This document shows positions 17,342-27,361 of a stretch of 64,000 bases of DNA, piece by piece. The stretch spans positions 69,674-133,673 of the forward strand of contig CAVLDN010000002.1 of NCBI GenBank assembly GCA_963661975.1, read 5' to 3'. The DNA comes from a bacterium (GTDB taxonomy: Bacteria > Bacillota > Clostridia > Oscillospirales > CAG-382). The translations under genes were made by a program, and so were the position numbers. The notes beneath the pieces are model-generated. The model saw only the letters and a list, made by a program, of their open reading frames with translations. It searched no databases and had not been told where the DNA came from. How positions within the stretch are numbered: position 1 is the first letter of the stretch; every line of letters begins with the position of its first letter.

Positions 17342-17767
17342 TTATTGTCCGGCTGCCGCCTTTTTTGCATCCAAAAAGGATTGAAGTATTATCTCTGCGG
17401 AGAGAGTATCTATGATATTGCGGCGCTTTTTGCCGTTGAAGCCGGTTATATTGAGGTAGGTATAAGCTTCGCAGGTGGTGAGCCGCTCATCCGTGAAATA
17501 AACGGCAAGCCCGGTTTCGGCGGTGAGCATTTCGGCAAAGGCGCGTGATTTTTCGGCGCGGAAGGATTCGCTCCCGTTCATGTTCTTCGGCAGGCCGACA
17601 ACGAATGCTTCGCCGCCGAGTGCGCCGACGCGTTCCTTGATCTGCCGCACCGCATCACGCATCCCGGAAACCTTCAGCGTTCCCGCGGCGGTGGCGACGC
17701 AAAGGCTGTCATCCCCGGTGGCGAGCCCGACTCTGGCATCGCCGTAATCTATCCCGATATAGCGCAT
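17342..17767 (-). CDS. ruvX: Holliday junction resolvase-like RuvX (YqgF)
   Basis: MRYIGIDYGDARVGLA N-terminus. ORF 17342..17854 trimmed to ATG 17767. Confidence 0.9.
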   Translation of the reverse strand: MRYIGIDYGDARVGLATGDDSLCVATAAGTLKVSGMRDAVRQIKERVGALGGEAFVVGLPKNMNGSESFRAEKSRAFAEMLTAETGLAVYFTDERLTTCEAYTYLNITGFNGKKRRNIIDTLSAEIILQSFLDAKKAAAGQ

Positions 17768-17982
17768 ATGTGCTTTCTCCTTTTTTCTTATTTTATAATA
17801 ATCGGGTAAATTTGTCAACGGCGAATCGCGCACACGGGCGTGCGAAAAGGGCAAATCGGCAGCGGATGAATCGATTCATCCGTTTGCCGCTGGGTTCTTT
17901 CCCGTGTTCGCTGTCCGTTCTATTGTACACCATATCTGTTATACTATGCATGCAAGAAAGAGAAAAAGGAAGGTAAGAAAAA

Positions 17983-18126
17983 ATGAAAACAGCAAAAATT
18001 ATCACAAAACGCATAGTAAACGCGGTGTGTGACCGCGATGGGTTCCTGAACGGCTTTATCCGCGGAATGGCGGGGTGCGCGTTGGTGATATCGGCACTGA
18101 TGCTCTTTGTCGCCTGCGTGGGCTGA
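17983..18126 (+). CDS. possible 47-aa small membrane protein
   Basis: ATG 17983 preceded by an AAGGAAGG SD. Sequence MKTAKIITKRIVNAVCDRDGFLNGFIRGMAGCALVISALMLFVACVG has a hydrophobic C-terminus. Below the ORF-track size cutoff. Confidence 0.3.
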   Translation: MKTAKIITKRIVNAVCDRDGFLNGFIRGMAGCALVISALMLFVACVG

Positions 18127-18305
18127 TTTGCTTGCCGCTCGCGATACGGTTTCGACAAGCTTGCCGCATTATTCCCCGCGGCAGTTAAAAATCACATAAC
18201 GGAGGGAATTTCGGGTTTGCCGCAGCTTTGCACACAGGCAATGGAAAAACGGATCCGCCGCGGGGTGCGGCGGATCCGTTTTCGTTATATGGGGATATGG
18301 GGATG

Positions 18306-19655
18306 TTATTTGTCGGATTTTTCGGATTTGAGGTTGACAAGCACGTTCGTGATGATACCGAGTATAAGCGCGCAGGCGATTTCTGTTATTGTGACATTGC
18401 CGAAGGATACGCTCATTCCGCCGATACCGCAGATAAGGATCACTGCGACAACGAAGAGGTTCTTGTTTTCGCCGAGGTCGACGCTCTGAATCATTTTCAG
18501 GCCGCTGACCGCGATGAAGCCGTAGAGGGTTATGCACACGCCGCCCATTACGCAGTTCGGTATGGAGGCGAGGAAGGTGACGAACGGTCCGAAGAAGGAG
18601 ATGACCATTGCCATGACCGCGGTGCAGGCAATCGTTACGACGGAGGCGTTGCCGGTTATCGCAACGCAGCCGACGGATTCACCGTAGGTGGTGTTGGGGC
18701 AGCCGCCGAAGATCGCGCCAGCGATGGAGCCGACGCCGTCGCCGAGAAGCGTGCGGTGGAGACCGGGATCTTCAAGCAGGTCGGTGCCGATGATGGAGGA
18801 GAGGTTCTTGTGGTCGGCTATGTGTTCGGCGAACACAACGAAGGCAACGGGGATGTATGCTACCGCGACGGTTGCTATGTAGCCGCCGTTGAGGTTTTCA
18901 AAGCCCTTGAATGCCTCGATCATGGTGAAGTCGGGAACGGAGAATATCTTGAGTCCCTTGAAGGCATCGAAGTCGATGATCCTGAGCGCATCGTTGCCGG
19001 TGTTGATACCGATAACGGTGAAGATCGCCGCGACGGCGTAGCCGGCGAGTATGCCGATTATGAAGGGGATGAGCTTTGCCGTCTTCTTGCCGTAAACGGA
19101 GGCGAGCACGACGGTGAACAGTGTTACGAGAGCGCAGACGAGGGCAACGTAGGGGCTGGCAACGGAGTTGCCGGCCGCATCAAGCACCTTGCCCTTGAAG
19201 GCATCGCTTACAGCGTTGCCGGCGAGCGAAAGACCGATGATGGAGACCGTCGGGCCGATAACGACTGCGGGCATGAGCCTGGATATCCACTTGACACCCG
19301 CGAACTTAACTACAAGTGCGATGACTACATATACGAGCCCGGCGAATATCGCGCCGATGACAAGCCCGAGGTAGCCGAGAGCGGCGACCGAGCCCGCGCC
19401 CGCAAAGGCGGCGCTCATAGAACCGATGAAGGCGAACGAGGATCCGAGGAATACGGGGCTTCTGAATTTTGTGAAGAGAAGATATACCAGCGTGCCGACG
19501 CCGGCGCCGAAGAGTGCTGCCGCGGTGTCCATTCCGTTGCCGACGATCGTCGGTACGGCGATGGTTGCCGCGAGTATGGCGAGAAGCTGCTGCAATGCAA
19601 ATACGAGCAGTGCGCCGAACTTGGGTTTGTCCTTGACCTTGTAGGTGAGTTCCAT
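18306..19655 (-). CDS. pyrP: uracil permease (NCS2 family)
   Basis: 449-aa polytopic protein in the uracil/xanthine permease family, located immediately downstream of pyrR. Confidence 0.9.
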   Translation of the reverse strand: MELTYKVKDKPKFGALLVFALQQLLAILAATIAVPTIVGNGMDTAAALFGAGVGTLVYLLFTKFRSPVFLGSSFAFIGSMSAAFAGAGSVAALGYLGLVIGAIFAGLVYVVIALVVKFAGVKWISRLMPAVVIGPTVSIIGLSLAGNAVSDAFKGKVLDAAGNSVASPYVALVCALVTLFTVVLASVYGKKTAKLIPFIIGILAGYAVAAIFTVIGINTGNDALRIIDFDAFKGLKIFSVPDFTMIEAFKGFENLNGGYIATVAVAYIPVAFVVFAEHIADHKNLSSIIGTDLLEDPGLHRTLLGDGVGSIAGAIFGGCPNTTYGESVGCVAITGNASVVTIACTAVMAMVISFFGPFVTFLASIPNCVMGGVCITLYGFIAVSGLKMIQSVDLGENKNLFVVAVILICGIGGMSVSFGNVTITEIACALILGIITNVLVNLKSEKSDK

Positions 19656-19677
19656 GTTTTTGGCTCCTTTTATGTAA

Positions 19678-20370
<693 letters not shown>

Positions 20371-20500
20371 TCAAGTTCGCACTATTGTATCACATAAAAA
20401 TCCGCTTGTAAACCCCTTTCCGCAAATTTCCCGAAAAAATTTTTGTGTACTTGAATTCCGCCGCCGTGCAGTGTAAAATATCTCCGTGAGGTGATACAAA

Positions 20501-21190
20501 ATGATAATCGAAGGTATGCGCAAGCTGACACTGCTCGATTTCCCGGGGCGCTGCGCCGCGACACTTTTTACACACGGCTGCAATCTGCGATGCCCGTTCT
20601 GCCACAATGCATCGCTCGTTACCCGCGCACCCGCAAGCGAGATCACCGTCGCGGAGGTATATTCCTTTTTGGAAAAGCGCGTCGGGCTGCTGGACGGGGT
20701 CTGCATCACGGGCGGCGAGCCGCTTATAAATAAAGAGGTTTTCGAGTTTATGCGCGGCATACGCGCCCGCGGCTTTGCCGTAAAACTGGATACGAACGGC
20801 TTCTTCCCGGATGCTCTTTCAAAGGTGCTTTCCGAAGGACTTGCCGATTATGTCGCAATGGATATCAAATCTTCACCGGAGGGCTATGCCGCCGCGACGG
20901 GTGTGCCCGGTATCGATATAACCTCCGTGCGGGAAAGCATCGCGCTGCTCATGGGCGGAAAGACCGATTTCGAATTTCGCACGACCGCCGTGAAGGGGCT
21001 GCATACAAAGAAGGATTTCGACGGTATCGCCGAAATGATCGCGGGGGATGAAAAATACTTTATCCAGCGGTTTGTCGATTCCGGCGATCTGATCGGCAGC
21101 GGATATTCCGCCTTTTCGCCGGAGGAGGAATCGGAAATACTTGCCGCTGTCCGCACCCGGGTGAAAAACGCCGAGCTGCGCGGTGTGTGA
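20501..21190 (+). CDS. nrdG: anaerobic ribonucleoside-triphosphate reductase activating protein (radical SAM)
   Basis: LLDFPGRCAATLFTHGCNLRCPFCHN CxxxCxxC motif; 229 aa. Confidence 0.9.
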   Translation: MIIEGMRKLTLLDFPGRCAATLFTHGCNLRCPFCHNASLVTRAPASEITVAEVYSFLEKRVGLLDGVCITGGEPLINKEVFEFMRGIRARGFAVKLDTNGFFPDALSKVLSEGLADYVAMDIKSSPEGYAAATGVPGIDITSVRESIALLMGGKTDFEFRTTAVKGLHTKKDFDGIAEMIAGDEKYFIQRFVDSGDLIGSGYSAFSPEEESEILAAVRTRVKNAELRGV

Positions 21191-21246
21191 GCCCCACGCA
21201 AAAAAATTGCACAAAAAAGCACGACATATTTCGGCAGAACGCCGAA

Positions 21247-21299
21247 ACACAATATGTTGTGCTTTTTGTATTGACAACACCTTGATGTTGTGATATCCT
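21247..21299 (+). promoter_or_regulatory. nrdD promoter with candidate NrdR boxes
   Basis: ACACAATATGTTGTGC (21247-21262) matches 14 of 16 positions of the NrdR box consensus as I remember it. A second palindrome ACAACA-CCTTGA-TGTTGT (21274-21291) lies between TTGACA (21271-21276) and TATCCT (21294-21299). Confidence 0.45.
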
Positions 21300-21391
21300 A
21301 AAATAGCTCCAACCGCATAAGCGCCCCGCAAAACCGCTTTTGCAGGGCGAAGCCATAAATTGAAACATTATATAAAACGGAGGAAAAACAG

Positions 21392-23761
21392 ATGTACAGC
21401 GTAGTAAAACGCGACGGCACCCGCACCGAATTCAATTTGAGAAAGATTACCGACGCTATCGAAAAGGCTTTTGAGGCGTGCGAAAAGCAATCGCATCCCG
21501 ATGTGATAGACTTCCTTGCGCTTAAAGTCACCTCGGATTTCGAACCCAAGATAAAGAACGGGCTTATCGCCGTGGAGGATATTCAGGACAGCGTGGAAAC
21601 CGTCCTTGTCCAGGCAGGGTATGCCGATGTCGCAAAGGCGTACATCCTTTACCGCCGTCAGCGCGAAAAGCTCCGCAATATGCGCTCCACCATGCTTGAC
21701 TACAAGGCTATCGTTGACAAATATGTCAAGAACACCGACTGGCGCGTGAAGGAAAACAGCACCGTCACCTATTCCGTCGGCGGCCTTATACTCAGCAACT
21801 CCGGTGCTATCACGGCGAACTACTGGCTTTCCGAAATTTACGATGATGAAATCGCAAATGCACACCGCAATTCGGATATCCATATCCACGATCTTTCCAT
21901 GCTCACCGGCTACTGCGCCGGCTGGTCGCTCAAACAGCTCATTCAGGAAGGCCTCGGCGGCGTTCCCGGAAAGATAACCTCCTCCCCCGCAAGCCACCTT
22001 GCCACGCTCTGCAACCAGATGGTCAACTTCCTCGGCATAATGCAGAACGAATGGGCGGGCGCACAGGCGTTTTCCTCCTTTGATACCTACCTTGCACCCT
22101 TTATCCGCGCGGATGATCTTTCCTACGAGCAGGTCAAGAAGTGCATCGAATCCTTTATCTACGGCGTGAACACTCCTTCGCGCTGGGGCACACAGGCACC
22201 GTTCTCCAATGTCACGCTCGACTGGGTTGTTCCGAACGACCTTGCGGAAATGAACTGCATTGTCGGCGGCAAGGAAATGCCCTATAAGTATAAGGACTGC
22301 CAGAAGGAAATGGATATGGTGAACAAGGCGTTCATCGAGATCATGATCGAGGGCGATGCCAACGGCAGAGGCTTCCAGTACCCGATCCCCACCTATTCCA
22401 TCACCCGCGATTTCGATTGGTCGGATACCGAAAACAACCGTCTGCTCTTCGAGCTTACGAGTAAATACGGCACCCCCTACTTCTCCAATTACATCAACAG
22501 CGATATGGAACCGAGCGATGTTCGCTCAATGTGCTGCCGCCTGCGCCTCGACCTGCGTGAACTGCGCAAGAAATCCGGCGGCTTCTTCGGCAGCGGCGAA
22601 AGCACCGGCAGTGTCGGTGTTGTTACCATCAATATGCCGCGCCTTGCTTACCTTTCCGTCGATGAGGGCGATTTCATGAAGCGGCTCGACCACATGATGG
22701 ATATCTCGGCGCGTTCTCTCAAAATCAAGCGCACCATCATCACCAACCTGCTCAATGAAGGACTTTACCCCTACACAAAGCGCTACCTCGGCACCTTTGA
22801 CAATCACTTCTCCACGATAGGGCTTGTCGGCATGAATGAAGCGGGTCTGAACGCGAAATGGATCGGCAAAGACATGACACACACCGAAACCCAAGAATTC
22901 ACCAAACGCGTGCTCAACCATATGCGCGGCAGACTTTCGGATTACCAGGAAATGTACGGCGACCTTTACAACCTCGAAGCGACACCCGCCGAATCCACAT
23001 CATACCGCCTTGCAAAGCACGATGTCGAGCGTTACCCCGGCATCATCACCGCAAACGAAAACGGCACTCCCTATTACACGAATTCCTCCAACCTTCCCGT
23101 TGGTTACACCGACGATATCTTCGAAGCACTTGCCGTTCAGGACGATATACAAACGCTTTATACCTCCGGTACGGTGTTCCACGCCTTCCTCGGCGAAAAG
23201 CTCCCGGATTGGAAGGCTGCCGCAACGCTTGTCCGCAAGATCGCCGAAAACCACAAGCTGCCCTACTACACGATATCCCCGACCTATTCCGTGTGCAAAA
23301 ACCACGGCTATATCGCGGGTGAACACTTTGTCTGCCCCGAATGCGGCGGCAAGGCGGAGGTTTACAGCCGCATAACCGGCTATTACCGCCCCGTTCAGAA
23401 TTGGAACGACGGTAAAACTCAGGAATACAAAGACAGAAAGACCTACGACGTTATCAACAAGACCCGCGTTTACAGCGATATTTCCAAGCTGCGTGCGCAG
23501 GCGGAAGCCGCACCCGAAAGCAACGGAGAGGGCTTTGATGTTCCCGTGCTTTTCGCGACAAAGACCTGCCCCAACTGCCGCATTGCCGCATCCCTGCTCG
23601 ATAAAGCGGGCATAGGCTACCGCAAGGTGTATGTCGAGGATGAGCGCGAGTTTGCCGAAAGCCTCGGGCTCAAGCAGGCACCGACGCTTGTCGTCAAAGG
23701 CGAAAACGGTGTTGAAAAGATCGTCAACGTTTCCAATATCAAAAAGTATATCGGTCAGTAA
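21392..23761 (+). CDS. nrdD: anaerobic ribonucleoside-triphosphate reductase NrdD with fused C-terminal glutaredoxin/NrdH-like domain
   Basis: 789 aa: N-terminal ATP-cone, class III RNR core, Zn site CPECGG, glycyl-radical motif RITGYYRP. A linker and a 75-aa thioredoxin-fold tail with CPNC (23534-23758) follow. Confidence 0.9.
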   Translation: MYSVVKRDGTRTEFNLRKITDAIEKAFEACEKQSHPDVIDFLALKVTSDFEPKIKNGLIAVEDIQDSVETVLVQAGYADVAKAYILYRRQREKLRNMRSTMLDYKAIVDKYVKNTDWRVKENSTVTYSVGGLILSNSGAITANYWLSEIYDDEIANAHRNSDIHIHDLSMLTGYCAGWSLKQLIQEGLGGVPGKITSSPASHLATLCNQMVNFLGIMQNEWAGAQAFSSFDTYLAPFIRADDLSYEQVKKCIESFIYGVNTPSRWGTQAPFSNVTLDWVVPNDLAEMNCIVGGKEMPYKYKDCQKEMDMVNKAFIEIMIEGDANGRGFQYPIPTYSITRDFDWSDTENNRLLFELTSKYGTPYFSNYINSDMEPSDVRSMCCRLRLDLRELRKKSGGFFGSGESTGSVGVVTINMPRLAYLSVDEGDFMKRLDHMMDISARSLKIKRTIITNLLNEGLYPYTKRYLGTFDNHFSTIGLVGMNEAGLNAKWIGKDMTHTETQEFTKRVLNHMRGRLSDYQEMYGDLYNLEATPAESTSYRLAKHDVERYPGIITANENGTPYYTNSSNLPVGYTDDIFEALAVQDDIQTLYTSGTVFHAFLGEKLPDWKAAATLVRKIAENHKLPYYTISPTYSVCKNHGYIAGEHFVCPECGGKAEVYSRITGYYRPVQNWNDGKTQEYKDRKTYDVINKTRVYSDISKLRAQAEAAPESNGEGFDVPVLFATKTCPNCRIAASLLDKAGIGYRKVYVEDEREFAESLGLKQAPTLVVKGENGVEKIVNVSNIKKYIGQ

Positions 23762-23763
23762 AA

Positions 23764-24681
23764 ATGAAGGATATTATAATCATCGGTGCGGGCCCTGCGG
23801 GGCTCGCCGCCGCCGTGTACGCCCGCCGTGCGGACAAAACCGTGCTTCTGCTTGAAAAGAACGGATTTGGCGGGCAGATGACATTTTCACCCAAGATCGA
23901 AAACTTCCCCGGTGAAGTTTCGATCTCCGGGACAGAGCTTGCCGACAAAATGGTGGAACAGGCGCTCTCTCAGGGCGCCGAAACCGAGCTGGAGGAGGCT
24001 TTGTCCGTGACCGTGAATCCGGACGGAACAAAGACAGTCAAGACCGATTGCGGCGAATACGATGCGCGTGCCGTCATTATCGCCACCGGCGCAAAGCACA
24101 GGCTGCTTTCCGTCCCCGGCGAAAAGGAGCTTGTCGGTAACGGCATATCCTTCTGCGCGGTGTGCGACGGCGCATTTTACTCCGGAAAGAGCGTTGTGGT
24201 TGTCGGCGGCGGGAATTCCGCCTTGCAGGAAGCTTTGCTGCTTTCCGAAATATGCGAAAGCGTCACCGTCGTTCAAAATCTCGAAGCCTTCACGGGCGAA
24301 GCGCGCCTTGTGCAGGCGCTTACCGCAAAATCCAATGTGCACTGCATATTCGGCGCTGCCGTGACCGGCTTTATACCTCCGGAAGAGGAGGGACACCCCG
24401 TCGGCACCGAGATACGCCTTTCCGACGGGAACAGCGAAACGCTTTTCACCGATGGCGTTTTTGTTGCCATCGGACTTGCACCGGATACAAAAGTCGCACA
24501 GGGTGTTGCCGAAACCGATAAATACGGATACATCATTTCGGATGAAAGATGCCTTACCGGCGGGAACGGTGTCTTTGTTGCAGGCGACTGCCGCACAAAG
24601 AGAATCCGTCAGATCGTGACCGCCGCCTCCGACGGCGCGACCGCCGCACTCGCGGCGATAGCTTATATCGAGGGAAGATGA
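23764..24681 (+). CDS. thioredoxin reductase-like flavoprotein (NADPH-binding arginines absent)
   Basis: GAGPAGLAAAVYA FAD motif, redox CAVC (24153-24164), GGGNSALQEA. QNLEAFT (24274-24294) stands where E. coli TrxR has HRRDGFR. Confidence 0.85.
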   Translation: MKDIIIIGAGPAGLAAAVYARRADKTVLLLEKNGFGGQMTFSPKIENFPGEVSISGTELADKMVEQALSQGAETELEEALSVTVNPDGTKTVKTDCGEYDARAVIIATGAKHRLLSVPGEKELVGNGISFCAVCDGAFYSGKSVVVVGGGNSALQEALLLSEICESVTVVQNLEAFTGEARLVQALTAKSNVHCIFGAAVTGFIPPEEEGHPVGTEIRLSDGNSETLFTDGVFVAIGLAPDTKVAQGVAETDKYGYIISDERCLTGGNGVFVAGDCRTKRIRQIVTAASDGATAALAAIAYIEGR

Positions 24682-25700
24682 AAATGGAAAAGACAAAAAG
24701 CAAGAAAGCATTAAAGATCGTTATCATCATCGTTGCCGTTATATGCCTGCTCCTTCTCGGCATACGCGCCTATTTCAGGCTTCCGGTGGCGGGATATTAC
24801 CGCAATTCGGAAAAATCCTTCCTTATCCCCGGAACATCGGACGGATCTGTCCTTCAGGGGCTGGAATATACGGACGGAAAATTCCTTGTCTGCGGATATA
24901 TGACGGACGGCACCGCTTCAAAGCTGTTCGTTGTGGATGAGAAAAAGAACGAAACCGAAAAAAAGCTCCTTCTGCAAAAGGAGGACGGCAGCGATTACAC
25001 CGGGCACGCAGGCGGTGTTGCCGTGAACGGCAAATATGTATATGTTGCCGACGGCAGCGATAAATGCCTGTATGTTTACCTGCTTTCGGATATAAATTCC
25101 GCCTCCGACGGCGGCAGCGTAAAGAGCATCGGAAGCTTTTCCACGCTCGTTTCCGAAAACGATTATATCTCTCCAGCGTTTGTCACCGTTGCGGACGGCA
25201 AGGTGTTTGTCGGCGAGTTCTACCGCGAGCAGAATTACAAAACGCTCGACAGTCACAAAATAAAGACCGCCTCCGGTGACGAAAATCCCGCGCTCATCGT
25301 GGCTTTTGAAGCAGACGAAAGCGCTCCCTACGGCGTTTCTCAGAAGATAAGCGAGGTCTATTCCGTGCGCGGACTGGTGCAGGGCATGGCCGTGACGGAG
25401 GACAGGATATACCTTTCCACCTCCTATGCCGTCGCATTTTCGCACATCTGTACATACGATAAAAAAAGCCCTGCCGACGGCGGAACACTTTCGGTTCTCG
25501 GCCAGACGGCAAAGCTTTATGTTTTGGATACACCTGTCGGCGATACAAAGATCGCCCCGATGTCGGAGGAGATTGTTGTCGTGAACGGCAGACTGTATGT
25601 TATGTGCGAATCGGCAACAAACAAATATATCTTCGGCAAGCTCACCGGTGCGCGTTATTGCTACGCGACGGATATAAAAGCGCTTGAAGACGGGGAATAA
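24678..25700 (+). CDS. membrane-anchored hypothetical protein
   Basis: ATG 24678 overlaps the upstream stop (ATGA). One N-terminal TM (IVIIIVAVICLLLLGI), then a beta-rich extracytoplasmic region. No family recognised. Confidence 0.6.
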   Translation: MKMEKTKSKKALKIVIIIVAVICLLLLGIRAYFRLPVAGYYRNSEKSFLIPGTSDGSVLQGLEYTDGKFLVCGYMTDGTASKLFVVDEKKNETEKKLLLQKEDGSDYTGHAGGVAVNGKYVYVADGSDKCLYVYLLSDINSASDGGSVKSIGSFSTLVSENDYISPAFVTVADGKVFVGEFYREQNYKTLDSHKIKTASGDENPALIVAFEADESAPYGVSQKISEVYSVRGLVQGMAVTEDRIYLSTSYAVAFSHICTYDKKSPADGGTLSVLGQTAKLYVLDTPVGDTKIAPMSEEIVVVNGRLYVMCESATNKYIFGKLTGARYCYATDIKALEDGE

Positions 25701-26336
25701 TCATTTCTTCGCAAAGCGTGTGAGGTAGGGGTTAGTCTGCCTTTCATCCGAAAGAGTCGTCGGGCTTCCGTGCCCGGGGTATACGGTATAATCACCGGGA
25801 AGATCGTAAAGCGCTCGCAGAGATTTTGTGAGCGCTTCTTCATCTCCGCCGAAATCCGTCGTTCCGATGCTGCCCTTGAACAGGGTATCGCCGGTAAACA
25901 TCATTCCGTCGAAGATATAGCACACGCTTCCCGGAGTGTGCCCGGGCGTGGGAATAACATAAAATTCCATTCCCGCGGCGGTGTAGGCACCTTCCTTTTT
26001 GAAGGTGAATTCCGCGGGCTCGAAGGGGCGCGGATCGTATTTGATCATGGAGCTGAAAATATCCCGTTCGGTAAGCATACCTGCATCCCGCTCGTGTATC
26101 GCGACGGGAACCTTGCTTCCGCGCAGGTCGCCCACGGCGAGTATATGGTCGAAATGCCCGTGCGTGAGCAGTATCAGGCGGCATACCGCATCCATGCGGT
26201 GGAGCGCATCCTGGATCACCGTCAGCTCGTCGCCCGGGTCGATAACGATGGCATCGCGGCTTTCACCCGGCTTGATTATATAGCAGTTTGTCGGCATTAT
26301 TCCGACTTCAACTCTTCTTATCTGAACATCTTTCAT
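25701..26336 (-). CDS. MBL-fold metallo-hydrolase (glyoxalase II-like)
   Basis: LLTHGHFDH metal-binding motif; 211 aa. Confidence 0.85.
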   Translation of the reverse strand: MKDVQIRRVEVGIMPTNCYIIKPGESRDAIVIDPGDELTVIQDALHRMDAVCRLILLTHGHFDHILAVGDLRGSKVPVAIHERDAGMLTERDIFSSMIKYDPRPFEPAEFTFKKEGAYTAAGMEFYVIPTPGHTPGSVCYIFDGMMFTGDTLFKGSIGTTDFGGDEEALTKSLRALYDLPGDYTVYPGHGSPTTLSDERQTNPYLTRFAKK

Positions 26337-26413
26337 TATACAAGACCTCTTTTGAAAGGATATGCGTATTTTAGCATATCCTTTTGCTTTTGTAAAGCCG
26401 TTTTCGGCGCGGA

Positions 26414-27019
26414 TTACCGTGAATGGCGGTGAAGAACGGGCGATATGCTCTTATATACCGCCATTGCGACAAGCAGCGTGATCAGCAGCCGCACGAATGT
26501 GAAGGGCAGATTGAATATAAGAAGCGCCTGCACAAGTGTCAGATCCCGCCCTGCGATTGCGCCGTATGCCGAAAGTATGGCTTCTATCGGCAGAAAACGC
26601 TCGTAAAACGGATAGGCGATAAAGAGATTGACCGGAAATCCAACGGCTGCCGCGACCGCGCTCCCCGTTATGCCGCCGATAAATGCTCCGCGGCGGGAGT
26701 GCAGTTTGCGGTATATCACCCCTGCGGGAACGGTGAAGGCTATGCCGATAAGAAGATTTGCAAGCTCACCGACGCCGCCGGTGGAGCCGAAGGGCAGGTG
26801 GATAAGGTTTTTTACAAGGCACACCGCTGCGCCCCACAGCGGTCCGAGCCCGTATGAGGCAATAAGCGCGGGCAGATCGGAAATATCGAACTTGACAAAT
26901 TCCGGTATAAGGAACGCAACCGGAAATTCGATAAGCTGTAAAAGCACGGATATCCCCGCGAGAACGGCGCAAAGCGCGATGGAATAAAGGGTTTTGCGCA
27001 TTTTGATATGCTTTTTCAT
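26414..27019 (-). CDS. ribU: ECF transporter S component, riboflavin-type
   Basis: 201-aa, 5-6 TM protein of ECF S-component type, directly downstream of an FMN riboswitch. Confidence 0.8.
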   Translation of the reverse strand: MKKHIKMRKTLYSIALCAVLAGISVLLQLIEFPVAFLIPEFVKFDISDLPALIASYGLGPLWGAAVCLVKNLIHLPFGSTGGVGELANLLIGIAFTVPAGVIYRKLHSRRGAFIGGITGSAVAAAVGFPVNLFIAYPFYERFLPIEAILSAYGAIAGRDLTLVQALLIFNLPFTFVRLLITLLVAMAVYKSISPVLHRHSR

Positions 27020-27044
27020 ATACTGCCTCCCGAAAAAACAAAAT

Positions 27045-27069
27045 AACGCCCCGCAACAGGCGGGGCGTT
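27045..27069 (-). terminator. FMN riboswitch expression-platform terminator
   Basis: aacgccccgc / gcggggcgtt 10-bp stem, followed on the minus strand by a U-run and then the GGGAGG SD of ribU. Confidence 0.75.
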
Positions 27070-27094
27070 CCTATTGTTTATTGCAAATTGTTGC

Positions 27095-27232
27095 AAAACG
27101 CTTCTTGCATCCCGACTTTAACGGTCGGTTCCGGAATCACACCGGATCGGGAGCCGTGCGCTTGATGCGCGGCTCTTCGCGGACTTTACCGCCGGTGGGG
27201 ATTTACGCCCCGCCCCGAAGCTCATGCTTGAT
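27095..27232 (-). promoter_or_regulatory. FMN riboswitch (RFN element)
   Basis: The minus strand reads CUUCGGGGCGGGGCGUAAAUCCCCACCGGCGGUAAAGUCCGCGA...GAUCCGGUGUGAUUCCGGAACCGACCGUUAAAGUCGGGAUGCAAGAAG. This matches the conserved RFN core. A TTGACA-18-TATCAT promoter lies just upstream. Confidence 0.9.
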
Positions 27233-27316
27233 GATACACCCGTTGGGGTATGTTTGTCAAGCCTTTTTCATACGCGGGTTTTTTCGTTCCTTCCGTAACC
27301 GTGACAGAAAAAACAA

Positions 27317-27345
27317 GGCAGGGGCAAATGCTCCTGCCTTGCGGC
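27317..27345 (-). terminator. intrinsic terminator after the response regulator gene
   Basis: aaggcagg...cctgcctt hairpin with a U-run on the minus strand. Confidence 0.6.
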
Positions 27346-27361
27346 TTTTAAGCGGTTCCGA

